A stretch of DNA of 64,000 nt from Eledone cirrhosa (taxonomy: Eukaryota). The notes beneath the pieces are model-generated. The model was given only the letters and a program-made list of their open reading frames with translations. It ran no database searches and was not told the origin of the DNA. The DNA is taken from assembly GCA_964016885.1 (NCBI GenBank), contig OZ024740.1, forward strand, positions 35,402,001 through 35,466,000, in the 5' to 3' direction. This document shows positions 45,449 through 59,290 of the stretch, piece after piece. Numbering within the stretch: the stretch's first letter is position 1; the number at the start of each line of letters is the position of its first letter. Both the position numbers and the translations under genes were made by a program.

Positions 45449-47217
45449 GATGTAGATTATAGCACAATAATAATAACAATACCATTATATAAAAGGTGTA
45501 GATTATAGCACAATAATAACAACAATACCATTATATAAAAGGTGTAGATTATAGCACAATAATAATAACAATACCATTATATAAAAGGTGTAGATTATAG
45601 CACAATAATAATAACAATACCATTATATAAAAGGTGTAGATTATAGCACAATAATAACAACAATACCATTATATAAAAGATGTAGATTATAACACAATAA
45701 TAATAACAATACCATTATATAAAAGATGTAGATTATAACACAATAATAATAACAATACCATTATATAAAAGGTGTAGATTATAGCACAATAATAATAACA
45801 ATACCATTATATAAAAGATGTAGATTATAACACAATAATAATAACAATACCATTATATAAAAGATGTAGATTATAGCACAATAATAATAACAATACCATT
45901 ATATAAAAGGTGTAGATTATAGCACAATAATAATAACAATACCATTATATAAAAGATGTAGATTATAACACAATAATAACAACAATACCATTATATAAAA
46001 GGTGTAGATTATAGCACAATAATAACAACAATACCATTATATAAAAGGTGTAGATTATAGCACAATAATAATAACAATACCATTATATAAAAGATGTAGA
46101 TTATAGCACAATAATAATAACAATACCATTATATAAAAGATGTAGATTATAGCACAATAATAATAACAATACCATTATATAAAAGATGTAGATTATAGCA
46201 CAATAATAACAACAATACCATTATATAAAAGATGTAGATTATAGCACAATAATAATAACAATACCATTATATAAAAGATGTAGATTATAGCACAATAATA
46301 ATAACAATACCATTATATAAAAGATGTAGATTATAGCACAATAATAATAACAATACCATTATATAAAAGATGTAGATTATAGCACAATAATAATAACAAT
46401 ACCATTATATAAAAGATGTAGATTATAGTACAATAATAATAACAATACCATTATATAAAAGGTGTAGATTATAGCACAATAATAATAACAATACCATTAT
46501 ATAAAAGATGTAGATTATAGCACAATAATAATAACAATACCATTATATAAAAGGTGTAGATTATAGCACAATAATAATAACAATACCATTATATAAAAGA
46601 TGTAGATTATAGCACAATAATAACAACAATACCATTATATAAAAGGTGTAGATTATAACACAATAATAATAACAATACCATTATATAAAAGATGTAGATT
46701 ATAACACAATAATAATAACAATACCATTATATAAAAGATGTAGATTATAACACAATAATAATAACAATACCATTATATAAAAGATGTAGATTATAACACA
46801 ATAATAATAACAATACCATTATATAAAAGATGTAGATTATAGCACAATAATAATAACAATACCATTATATAAAAGGTGTAGATTATAGCACAATAATAAC
46901 AACAATACCATTATATAAAAGATGTAGATTATAACACAATAATAATAACAATACCATTATATAAAAGATGTAGATTATAGCACAATAATAACAACAATAC
47001 CATTATATAAAAGATGTAGATTATAGCACAATAATAACAACAATACCATTATATAAAAGGTGTAGATTATAGTACAATAATAATAACAATACCATTATAT
47101 AAAAGGTGTAGATTATAGCACAATAATAATAACAATACCATTATATAAAAGGTGTAGATTATAGCACAATAATAACAACAATACCATTATATAAAAGGTG
47201 CAGATTATAGCACAATA
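45449..47217. repeat. 46-bp tandem array (~38 copies)
   Basis: Unit TGTAGATTATARCACAATAATAAYAACAATACCATTATATAAAAGR, with no spacers. Confidence 0.97.
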
Positions 47218-47587
47218 AGCAAGACATATTTTAAAGAACTTCTAAATGTGGTTAGGAACCGTAAAAGTAATCGATTAAGAAATCTATCACAAGAACATTT
47301 TGCTTTCATCTGAGCTATAGACGGATGATTGGTGAAAATCACCCGAAAAATGTTCGTAATTAAGTTACTTGTTCAATACCTGTCAGTTATATAAACAATA
47401 ATAGTTCAATACCTCAGTTATACAATCAATTATATAATCAATAACAGTTATACAATCAATAACAGTTCAATACCTCAATTATACACTCAATATATTCAAT
47501 ATCTCAATTATACGATCAATAACATTTCTATAATTAGCTTAACCTGACCAAACTGCACTAACTAGATAAATTTCCCTGTGATGAAAC

Positions 47588-47995
47588 ACGGCGGTGGATT
47601 GGCAGTATCGGTAGAGCGTCAGACACCATGCTTTGCAGCATAGAGTTATGGCCCCTTGCGGTCTGAGTTCAAATCCTGCCGAGGTTAACGTTGCCATTCA
47701 TCCTTACGAGGTAGATAAAATAAAGTACCAGTAATGTACTGGGGTAATTCCTGGCCTTGTGCCAAAAGTAGAAACAATTATTATTATTATTATCATATTG
47801 AGTGGTAGTTTGGCAGTACTGGTAGAGCATTGGACATGCTTTCTGGCATGTAGTTACATCTCTTTACGTTCTGAGTTCAAATCCTGCCGAGGTTAGCTTT
47901 GCCTTTCATCCTTACTGGATCGATAAAATAGAGTACAGGTAATGTCACTGGGGTAACTGCTGACCTTGTGCCAAAAGTAGAAACAATTATTATTA
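47588..47995 (+). mobile_element. Two tandem SINE copies with (ATT)n tails
   Basis: Full heads GGCGGTGGATTGGCAGTATCGGTAGAGC plus the core. Confidence 0.8.
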
Positions 47996-48097
47996 TGACT
48001 TAGGAATTCCTATTTTTTGTTAAGAAATTTATTATAGTCCTTATCAAACTATTGCTACAATTGTTTTTAGTAATTAATGCAGCTAACATTTTGCTAG

Positions 48098-48222
48098 ATA
48101 ACACAAACGATGACCGAAAAAGAAATTGCAGCCTATTCTGAAGCTTCTGAAATTTCTGAAGAGGTGGTTAGTTCTGTCAAAACAGTTATAGCTTTCGGCG
48201 GTGAAGCAAAAGAATGCTTGCG
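48098..48222 (+). CDS. ABCB1: ABCB1-like exon (ITQTMTEKEIAAYSEASEISEEVVSSVKTVIAFGGEAKECLR)
   Basis: CTAG acceptor and GTAAGT donor; diagnostic E..AY..A...EEV....TV.AFGGE..E..R; 125 nt; absent from the ORF track. Confidence 0.93.
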
Positions 48223-48504
48223 GTAAGTATTATTTCTATTAAAAAAAAAATGTATACATATTGTGCTCATAACCTTGCTTAGAAATCCTTTTCCACTTCG
48301 TTTCTAAGAAATGTACTCAACACAATATTTATTTTGCCTTTCATCCTTACGGGGTTGATAAAATAATGCACTGGGGTTGATTTAATTGATTTCCCCTTCC
48401 CCAAAATTGCTGGCCTTGTGCCTAAAGTAGAAACAATTATTGCGATTGGCATTATCTGTAGAGCATCGGACAACATGTGAGTTCAAATCCCGCTGAGGTT
48501 AGCT

Positions 48505-48850
48505 TGGACAAAATTCACAAAACTGGTTAAGAAACATTGGACTAAAAGCTGTGATTGAAAGATTTCTAATCGCAACGCACGATCAAAGCCTGCCCGACAG
48601 AAACCGCCAAAACTACATGATGAAACAGAAAACAGCAAGTAACTGCAGAATATGAGAGGGCGATAGTGGTGTTGGGAAAGAAACAATTAACTCATTATCG
48701 TTGGCTGTCCAGTCTTTGTCAAAAAATAATATATCTACAGATACGATAGAGTTGGGATCTACATACACTGGAAGTTATGCCAGCACTACGAAATACCAAC
48801 AGAAAAAAGGTGGTACAAACATACACAAGAAAAGGTGTCAGAGAATGATA
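48505..48850 (+). mobile_element. R4/Dong-type LINE fragment
   Basis: Degenerate GLK..E.FLIA..DQSL, CRI, Y.HWKLCQHY...WY.H; homologous fragments on the minus strand at 50680-51800. Confidence 0.6.
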
Positions 48851-49559
48851 AGTTGATCGATATTTAGTATTTCTTTTTGGCTTGCAATCTTAACAAAGCA
48901 GAAGTTGTTAGTGCTTTTGTATCGGTTGAGCATCGAACAAAATGTTGTGTAGCATATGGTTACGGCCCTTTACGTTTTGAGTTCAAATTCCACTGAGGTC
49001 TTGCCTTTCATCCTTATGTGGTCGATAAAATAAAGTACCAGTAACGCACTGGGTCGATTTAATTGACTTCCCTTTTCCCAAAATTGCTGGCTTTGTGCCT
49101 ATATAAGAAACCATTATTTTGTTTCTTATTTGAGACGGATGTGTTGATATCGATTCAAGAAGGTTTGTTGTTTTTAAGCTGTTTTACATTGTTATTTGTG
49201 GAATAAGACACTGTAATAAATAGTCACTGTAAATATGTGACTATATATTAGTCTCTGAAAAGGAGACTCCATAATATTTGAAATTTATTTTTGAAAATAT
49301 TTTCTATAAAAAAAAAAATGGGTGGAATATGCCCCTTAACGTGACAGCAGCTCAAACGTTGAGAGGAGTGACACTGCCTCCACCACCACCATTATGAACA
49401 GTGGTACTATTACCACCACCACAGACAACGTCACCGACGACAACAACAACAGCAACAATAATAACCAAAATTTATCTCGTGCAGCAACTGAAAACGCAAT
49501 AGACTTTCCACCTTTGCCAATGTCTACCCATGTAAACGCCGCCATCCCCTACCACCTTC

Positions 49560-50070
49560 TTTTCGCCGGGAAGGACAGGTAATTTTCCTCTGTCTGGTGG
49601 CAGTAGCGAAGGGGTTTTGTGGTGGACCAGGTTGAAGACAGACACTTTTCTTTGGCCAATCCCGCATCGACTTTTTCAAGCTTCAGTTGGAAAGGAAGGT
49701 CAGGATGGAGAGAGAAGTGCTGCCCCCAGTACATTTGCTAAAAGGTGGGAGAATGTGGCAAGAATGGCCTGTGTGAATGAACCTACTCTGAGCATGCGCC
49801 TGTAGGCTGGTTAATTTGAGGGGGAGAGGGGCGCCTTTCCTGGGTGCCATTGAGCGTCGGGTGGTTCAGGATTGGTGGGGTACCTTAGTCGCCTTGAGTG
49901 GTTTGCTGCTTTATTGGAATTTATTTTGTAATATTCTTATATATTTTCATTGTTAATTGTTTTTGTTATTGTGTATTTTTACTCGATTGTAAACCCCCAC
50001 TGTCACTGTTTTTGTATTGACCCCTATATGTCAGCCCTTGTGGCCAATACATGAAACCATTATTATTATT
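49560..50070 (+). mobile_element. 3' end of an L1/Tx1-type LINE with an (ATT)n tail
   Basis: WWTRLK...FAKRW C-terminal pattern, then a T-rich 3' UTR ending AGCCCTTGTGGCCAAT..GAAACCATTATTATT. Confidence 0.55.
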
Positions 50071-50679
50071 AGGGCGGTGGATTGGCAGTATCGGTAGAGG
50101 GTCGGATGTCATGCTTTGCAGCAAAGAGTTACGGCTCTTGATGGTCTGAGTTCAAATCCCACCGAGGTTAACTTTGCCTTTCATCCTTACGGGGTCAATA
50201 AAATAATGTACCAGTAATACGCTAGGTAATTGCTGGCCTTGCGCCAAAAGTAGAAACAATTATTCTACGCACACCAGAAGACTAGTGAGTCATATCTGGA
50301 ATGTCTTTGTATATATAGGGCTAAACAGTGACATCATCAACAATAACAACAACAATAACAAGCTCTAAGTTTCGAGATCTTTCTAACACAAAACATTCCT
50401 TATCCTAACATTAACATTATGGTATAAAAGAACGAGTCTATTAATGTACAGTGAGCTGATTTCAAGAAATGACGAATTTCTTCTTTTTCTTTTTCTTTTT
50501 CTTTTTCTTTTTCTTTTTCTTTTTCTTTTTCCATTTCTTCTTTTTCTTCTTCTTTTTCTTCTTTTTCTTCTTCTTCTTGGGTATGGACAGCAAGTATCAA
50601 CTATTGACAACCAGTAGACCGAGGTGGTATTTTTTATTTGATTCAACAACTCTGTCCCAATGAATACTGTTTTTTTTTT

Positions 50680-51800
50680 GTAGGTGTCCAATCTTTAAAT
50701 TGAAGCTAATCCTCGCTATCCTCTTAGGAGTACTTATACTACCCAGAACAACTACAACAACGAGTATAACTTCTACAGTCTTCATTGCCCACAACTTGTA
50801 TAATTCCCATTTTAAGTTAGCATAGTGGTCTAGATTTTCTTCTTTCTAGGCACTCTGTTGTCTTCAGAGCACGGGCATCTGTAAGTTTCTCTCTTCCTTG
50901 TATATTAATTACCACAATATCCAATATTTTGTTAAGAACTTCATGGTCATATTGAATCATGACATCCCATAGGGTTTTCTATTTGTCGTTTTCAATTAAA
51001 CCTTCTGGGGTTTGTCCAAGCCGTGCCTCTGCTCTTTCCAATTCATACTTGCCAGCTAGTTCCCAATGTATGATTCTTGCGACATTGTCATGTTACATTT
51101 TATATTCTCTCTGCACAACTTCGTAAGCTCACTAACAATATGCCACAGTTTCTCTTTGTTCACCCCCATTCCGCACTTATCTCTATCAGTTCTATAATTT
51201 ATTTTACACTTTACATACTTTGTCCTGAGTGCTTGCTCCTGTACTGCACAAATCAGTGCTTCAGTTTTTGGTATCTCCCATTCACATCGTTTTTTTGGCC
51301 AACAGCTCTTGCAAATTGACTACGCATCTCACTCCTTCTGTTGAATTTATTATTTTCCACATTATCACATGTGCCAACTATATAAATTAATAGACATCTT
51401 TTCTTTGCGGTCTTTGACTATAAAAGCTGTTCTGTTGGTTTTGATCTCCTTGTTTGTATGAAGTGGCATATCCCACAGTATGATAGCTTTGTCATTTTCT
51501 GACATCTTTTCTTGTGTGTATTTGTACCTTCTTTTTGTTGGTATTTCGTAGTGTTTTCATAACTTCCAGTGTATGTAAATTCCAACTCAATCATATCTGT
51601 GGATATATTCCTTTTCAGCTAAGACTGGACTGTCAGAGATAATGTGTTTAATTGTTTTTTCCCATTTCTACATATTCTGCAATTACTGTGTTCTACGACA
51701 TTATGTATTTTTGGTGGTTTCTTGTGGGGCCATTAGAAATCATTTAATCTCGGCTTTTAGTCCAATGCTTCTTAACTAGTATTGTGAATTTTGTCCACTC
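50680..51800 (-). mobile_element. Two decayed R4/Dong-type RLE fragments
   Basis: Reverse strand shows RHDNVARIIHWEL, PEGLIEN and LWD.MIQ.D, plus a second Y.HWKL...LWDMP. Confidence 0.6.
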
Positions 51801-51954
51801 CCTCCCTTTTCGGGTTTTGGCAATATAAGAGTTTTTCTTGACATCGTTTTAGCATAGTATTCTGCAGATCTATTTACAATTTAGATATTATTTTTGTCAT
51901 CATTACTATTGTTTCTTCCTTATTTTTCATTTCCTTTCTCTCTAGGGCGGGTAA

Positions 51955-52335
51955 AATTATTCCCGAGATCCATGGACGAGTTCTCTCCAGTGGTCTCTGT
52001 CCCTCATTATTGCTGCCATGTCCTGCGTCTCCAACAGACCAGTGTCTGTCCTTAGAACATCAACATACGTTAACCTCGGTCTTCCTCTTCCAGTGTGTCC
52101 ATGCAGGGGCTCCCACTGGAGCACTGAGTGCAGAGTCAACTCTGGATGTCGGTGAGCATGTCCAGCTAACCTCAGTCTCCTCTGTGCTACTCTGGAGCTG
52201 ACATTTGGGAGGCTCCCGTACAGCTCTCAGTTCTTCATCCTCAGTGTAAACTGATTAATATTCAGAGCCATCGTCAGCATTCTCGTGTAGCACCCGTCCA
52301 CCATCTGAGTGAGTTTCTTGGTCAGTGTCCATTTC
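51955..52335 (-). mobile_element. RTE LINE 3' remnant
   Basis: LQWEP.HG...RGRP.LTYVD.L..DTGL. Confidence 0.75.
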
Positions 52336-52736
52336 CTTTATATGTCTATAAAATAAAATATAACAACAGGGCGGATTTGTTAGAGTGTTAGATGAGATGC
52401 CTTGAGCTATCTGTTCCAGTTCTGTGTGTTCTGAAATGATGGTATGGTAGATTTAATCACTCGCCCGCTTTAACACCACCACATTGTTTTGGGGTGCCTC
52501 TAGCGGAAGTCATTCTGTTATAAACATACGGGTCAGCTCTCTCATTAGAAGATAACTCCTCTTTCTCCTGTTTGTCTCAGAGGCTCATGGATACTGTCCT
52601 TTCTTCCTTGATTAATTAGTAAAATAATTTTATCCGCATTTTTCTAGAATCTTATCAGTTTCTTTTCCAGTAGTAAACCACTTGAATCGAAAGTATATGA
52701 AGATATTTGAAAAGGAATTTATTTCAATATTTCCAG

Positions 52737-52908
52737 GTATAACAAGCTGTTAGAGATTGTCAAGAAAGCAGGTGTGAAGAAAGGTTTTATGATAGGTACA
52801 TCCGTTGGCCTTTTTTGGCTCTTCTTATGTAGCTTCTATGGTTTGGGATTCTGGATTTGTGACAAAGTTGTTCGCGACGGTGATGCTAGCATTTCTGATG
52901 CTTTAATT
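52737..52908 (+). CDS. ABCB1: ABCB1-like exon (YNKLLEIVKKAGVKKGFMIG...YGLGFW; TM5)
   Basis: TTCCAG acceptor and GTAAGT donor; RY...L......G.KK motif; 172 nt; absent from the ORF track. Confidence 0.93.
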
Positions 52909-55900
52909 GTAAGTAATATGTTTATTAATATATCTCCTTGAACGAATTTGTATCATTGTTAAAAAGAAACCAACAAAATTCTTAAGAATCTTATTATTAT
53001 TCATAATTTTGTCGTCTTTTTATACTGTAGTAACTAATTTTTACAGGGGAAAAATAAATTCCACCGCAAATCATTACCATAGATTTAAGCTTTGTTATTT
53101 TAATTTTCATCATTTAATGTAGAAACAAATACAAGTAAGATATTTTGACCATACATACAACGATATTTCACAGCCCCAAAATGTCTCTAGCAATTCCTGT
53201 TATTTCCTAACTCTTCTCCTTTAAAAAACTGTTTATATCTTTTTATATACGTAGGAGTTGCATAACAATTATACATGACAAGTAAAGTTAATAGGTATGT
53301 TTATGACTTCCCTATCAGTATAAAATGGAAATATGAATGTGACCTGATCCATTCATACTACCGCCGCTCCCTAATAAACCATTCTCACCTTCATTCCCTC
53401 TCATATCCCCTTTTAAATCCCACTACACCAATCATAGTTCCCTAATATCTGTTCTCATCATCACCCTACCAAATTCTACCACAGTTGTCATACACCCACG
53501 ACATACTTTCTCAACTCTTTTCTTCCCCCACCACTCCTTTAAATCCCACCATATTTATCATACATACATGATATCATACTTATTACCCTCCCTTCCTACC
53601 CCCCCCCCATTATCACTCTCTCTACTGCCGCTTCCCTTACCGCTCCTTAGTACATATTCTCACCATTCGCCTCCTCTATTCTTAGGATCACCCACTCCAG
53701 TCATGGCTTCTTTAGTATGTTTTATCATCACGGTACTCCCACACTTTGCCCGAGGTCACCACCTCACCTTTCCCCGCATAATTCCACCATAATTATCAGA
53801 TACCAATGACATAGTTTCTCACTACTTCTTCTCTCCTATCACCCCTTTAAATTCTACCACACCTGTCATACATTCCTGACAATATACTTGTCATATTCCA
53901 TTCTCACCCACCTATTGTCACTAACCTTTTATATCATACTTATCATCTCTCTTACTCCTCTCTTTCGCCCCGAAAACGTCTCACATGGGACATTCCACCC
54001 CCCATAGGGTCTTAAATCAAAGACTGGCAATTTCCTAGTGCCGGTGCCACAATAAAATACACCCAGTACACCCTATAAGGCAGTAGCTGGTGGTAGGAAG
54101 GGAACCCAGCCGGAGAAAACATGCAAAATGAAGGGTTTGGAGGACTCTACAAATGTATGAAGGGCATGGCAACTTTCCTTGTGGTGCTGTTACAGTAAAA
54201 CGCACCCAGTACACTCTGTAAAATGGTTGAGGATAAGAAGGGCATCTAGTCATAAAAATCTTATCAATGGGTCGAAAAGATTTTACAGTTATGCCAAAGA
54301 TATGACAATCTCCCGAGTACTGGTGCCAAGAAAAAATGGCCCCATTCTGTAAAGGCGGTAATATATGCTAGTAAGATGCGGCCCCTGGCTCACCTGAGAA
54401 GTCAATGGAATCGATTGAATACTGACTTGAACTCTGAACCATCAGTTCAACTTTTGCTAGCAGAGAAAACGGATGTTAAATGATGATGCTGATGATGATG
54501 ATGATGATATATTTGAGAAATGTGTGTAATTTAATTATTTACAAAATAATAAAATGAGAAAAAATAATCAAAAATATAAACAAAGAAAAAATGACGATAA
54601 AAATGATGAGGTGATTAACTTGAAACTGGGCAACATATCTCAGCTGTGTTTCGTGGATATGGAGAAAGTGTTGCCGCGGAGAACACCTAGCAATACCTGC
54701 TACAACGGTCACTCCACCTCACGAGTCTCCTTTCTCAGGTGTGATGTCATCATTCCGGTGGCAACAAGCACAGAACGGAATTGGTCTATCCATGATTATT
54801 ATTTAGTCATCTTCCGCCCTTACTGCATTGCGGACAGCAGCGCCAGGGTTAGTGGCCGAAGCGATCAGTTTGGTTCTGGAGAAAGATTGGTATCCTAGAT
54901 GAATTACCTAACCCACCCACCTCAAACGGGAAAAAGGATTTTCTCGTCTGGGCGTTGATCATCTCCGTAGTTGAGATCGACAAGCTTCATCTTTGAACAG
55001 CGTGACGAGGAAAGAATCGCATGCTGTGATAACAAGAGAGTAAAAGTGGAGCTGACAGTAATCGATAGCATTTGTATATCACACACATAGGACAAGGCGC
55101 AGGGCAACTTTGGTACACTCATCATCAAGAAGGGTGTACTTTGACAAAGAAAGCATAGATTTGAACTACGTGCCACAGTTTGGCTGCAAAGCAAACTGAA
55201 CGTAGGCGCGACAGTATTGGTCCTGGGAAAACTTAATCTTCAAGCAGGATGAACTGCATTTGATATCATCCCAGTTGTAAGATGTATCGTATGGTTATGT
55301 GTGCGGTTAAGGTTTGACAGAGCTTATGCAAAGTTTAGAGCTGTAGAGTAAAATAATTTGAGGGAATTTGTGTTGAAGTTAATGTGTGGTACTCACAAGA
55401 AGGGTGAGATGTTTTTTGATACATTTAAGAAATACATTAGTATTGAAAGTGGTTACTTGAATGTTGAAGGAGCCGGAGTTGTTGAATCAAATTATTTGTA
55501 ACTTCCTGTTGTCTTTGGTTGCATATTATCATTGAAACCGCTAAATTTGAAGGCGTTGGTGTGGGTGCGTGCGATTTTGTTAAAACACGTTTCGTTGGAA
55601 GATAGTTTAGATAGAGATTTTTGACAAATATGTATATACCCACTTTTGTATTGAGTCCGATTTGCTTTAGGGGTGATGTTTGGTTCACGATTTGTCAACC
55701 CCTCTGGCATTTGGGTTATTTTAGGATTCGTAGTCTATCATTCTTATAGAGACCACTCTCAAAGTTTATACTTCACACAATGCACTCCAGAGAGTGCATT
55801 GTGTGAAGTATAAATAATCCAATTAGTCCGCTAAGTTCGCTTCAATCAAAGGCACCCATATGTAACATCAAAGCATTTGACCAAGTTTCATTTTGTTCAG

Positions 55901-56227
55901 AAGAGTAGGGTCGTTATGGGATGTAAGATAATGTTTTTATTCTGTTCAGAAAGTTTGTGTAGGAAATTGCATTCAGAAATGTATCTTTAGTGTATGATTT
56001 ATTTGGTATAGTTATGTTTTATATAACCTTAGGTAGTAAGCAACGGTGTTGAGAAAATATTTATAATAATAATAATAATAATAATAATGATGAGAATAAT
56101 TGTTTCTACTTTTGGCACAAAGCCAGCAATTATCCCAGTGTATTACTGGTACTTTATTTTATCGGCCCCGTAAGGATGAAAGGTAAAGTTAACCTCGGTG
56201 GGATTTGAATTCAGAATGGCAAGGGCC

Positions 56228-59200
56228 AAGGGCTAACGTGAAGAAAAAACATTACAGACGGCACAGGACGATACAAAGTGGGTTTTGCCTGTGTAAAAAG
56301 GTTATAACAAGATAGAAATGTGTAAAAACATCAAAGGAGGGCAATGGGGCTATCTGCACAATGGACTTAGTCGATAACCGGATCCGCCCTACACGCGACA
56401 GCAGCTGTTCGACATAGCTCCACAAGTCAGCAATCCTCGGGCACTGAACAAGTGCGTGCACGGCGATTTCGTTGCTCCGTGCGCATCTCGGACAGGTCCG
56501 GCTGACGGCACTTTTGTGCCTGTAGAGCTTATCTCGAACCGGTAACGCTCCCCAGTAGCACTGCAGGCCAGGGATTTCTGGAAGTTATCATTGGCCCTGG
56601 GCTGAAAGTTCTCCTGCAGAGAGCGAACAGCTGATCATCTTCGACGCCCAGGGTCTCCCCGAGAACGTCTTCACTCTTCCCTTCCACTAGTCCTCTATAG
56701 AACGCAGAGGTGGATGTTCCACCGATACTAGTGCCCAGCTGGTAGAGGGCGGTGAGCGCTTGGAAATATTCCAGCTTCCAAGCGATATCCCTCGGTCTCT
56801 TCCTGATCCAGGACTGCAGCTCCCTTAATGAGACGAGCCGAGGAAAAATACGTCTGGCAAACGGTGACCACACCTGTTCACCGCCAAGGAAGCACCAGCG
56901 CATCATCAGCCATGGTATGCCCAGCCCTCCACGCAACGGGTGTTGACAGCAGATGGATCGTCTGACCATGGGAGCACGTCCCTTCCATAAAAATCGGAAG
57001 AGGGCGTGCTCCATTTTTGGTCAGAGTTGGGCCGGGGCAAGGCACAACGGTTAGGCGGTAGCAGATGATGGATGCGATGAACGCATTCGCCACCTCTGCC
57101 CGACCTTTCAGGGACAGCTTCCTCTCGACCCATTTCTGGGTGAGAGAGGACAACCTGTTCATCACTTCGCTCCAGTTTTTCTCCATGTGAAGGTCCGGAC
57201 CGAACCAGACCCCGAGAAATTTAACTCGTCCTTCCGTCCAGCGCCCCACGACGCTGTCGGGCGGCATGGACTTGCCTCTCCAGGTGCCGAGCTGCAAGCC
57301 CACCGACTTTTCCTGGTTTAACTTTGCTCCTGTCACTGCTTCATATTCCTTGAGAGCGGTGCCGAGCATTTGGACATGTCCGGCGCTTGACACCACCACG
57401 GTGACGTCGTCGGCGTAAGCCGATACAGATCTCCCATATCCCAGTTCGCGCAGGACGTCTCTCATCGCCTCCAATTTGTGCAGTAACGATTTTAGGCCCA
57501 ATACGTACAAGAGTGACGAGAGGGGACAACCCTGACGGACCGAATGCATGATGCTGAACGGCTGTGACAGATGACCGTTCACCTTCACAACTGAGCAGAT
57601 GTTGCTGTGCATCGCAACGATCCAACCCCTGAAAACCGGCCCGAAACCAGCCGCCTCGAGGACCGCCGCCAGATACCGATGGTCGACCCTTTCAAATGCG
57701 CATGTCTGCGCCTCTTCTACCAGATTACTGACGACTAGCGCCAATCTCGTTGCTAACACCTTGGCCAAAATTTTGAAATCTGTGTTTAACAGAGTTATGG
57801 GCCTGAAGTTGTCTATAACTTCTCCTTTATTCGGGTCTTTTCTCAGCAGCGCCACCGCTTCCCGGCTTACAAAACTGGGAATGCTCCCGTTCTGCTTCCA
57901 GTTGCAGTATACGTCTGCCAAGAGGTCGCAGAAGAAGTCTGGAATGTACGCATAAAGCTAGTAGGGAAGACCATCCTTCGGGCAGTCAGACATCGCTTCC
58001 CGTATTTCACCTGCTGTTATCGGCTTTTCGCAATACTGCACTGCGGTCGTCGAGACCGCACTGAAGTTCATACTCTGATCTGGCCCGCCGCCGCTCCCAA
58101 ACAGTTGAGCAAAGTTCTGCTGAAAAGCCTCACACATCTGCTCGGGTTCGAGTAACATGTGCCCCTTTTGGTCAGGCAAGGATTGAATTGTGGCTTTATT
58201 GCCACGTCGCGCCTCCACCACCCGGGCCCATTGGACAGCTTTTGTCCCCTCTTGTCTCAGAGCACGCGCTCTAGCTCTGACAACGCAGCCTTCATGCTTT
58301 GCATTGAAGAATTGGTCGAGTGCCAATCTTGCCACAAGCACGTCGGTTGCGATGCCTGTCCTAAACGCCTCTTCTAGCTTTCTAACTAGCTCGCCCTCTA
58401 CTCTATTTTCCTCTATCACTACACCTTTGCTAAACCTTATTGATTCTACTCTAATTGCCCTTTTCAGGATAAACCACCACCTGTTGTTGACGATCGCACT
58501 CGTCAACGCCGGGAAAGACGCGTTCAGCTTCCAGTATCCAGGTCCTTGGAGTCTATCTAAGTCAACTTCACAGATCACAAATTTGTGATCCGAGTAGCCG
58601 ACTACTTTAAATTGTGGACAACCTACGCTAGCCTTATCTGTTTCCCTACACAATACCCCATCTGGGTGACTGGATGCGGTTTGCTCATATCCACATTGGC
58701 ACATTCGGATAATCCAGTCGATACCTGTCAGATAGTTGAAAACGTCTGAGCAGGTTGGTGAGGCTTTTACATCCTCACTAGCCCCACATAACTTCAGCGT
58801 GCATCTAAGATACCGTTCCAGTCACCCACTAACACTAAAGAGCGGGACGTTCCAAGAAAGGTATCAAGACGTCTGAAGAAATCTGGCCGTCCTTCCCCTG
58901 TTGGAGCGTAGACGGCTACTAGCCTGAAAGCATTGCCTTCGCTGCCTGTCACATCCAGTACCACCGACTTACCTTCTGGGTCCAGGAAGATGGCCTGTAT
59001 GGCGAGATCCAAGCCTCTCCGAAAAAGCACAGCAAGCCTGCCTCCCGCTCCTGGGCGGCTGGGAGATGCATATACATCGTAGACGCCGAGGATCGGTGCG
59101 AAGTCTCGTGCTTCAGAAATTCTGGTCTCACTGATGGCCACCACATCTATATTTAGTGACCTGAGATAGTTAAGCAGGTGGCCCTGCTTCCCAGATGACC

Positions 59201-59290
59201 CCAGGCCACCTAAATTTATACTGCCTATTCTAAGTAAGGCCATGTTGGGTGAGGAATGAAGTAAGTGAGAAAGGATCACCTACCCTGATC
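56228..59290 (-). mobile_element. Decayed L1/Tx1-clade LINE ORF2 (APE endonuclease + RT + CCHC)
   Basis: SINLGGL..DVVAISETR..VYAP..GDWN, SDH, GPGYWKLN, FRPITLLNTDFKILAK, RQGCPLS, AYADD and C..C...H...C; frameshifted. Confidence 0.92.

Noticed and set aside
45449-47217. Possible CRISPR array
   Set aside because: Pure head-to-tail repeat with no spacers.
54600-55740. Possible old CR1/L2-like LINE on the minus strand
   Set aside because: Only faint motif traces; too degenerate to call.
56228-59290. Active or domesticated RT gene (also 2473-5977)
   Set aside because: Multiple frameshifts, deletions and stops; both copies are dead.
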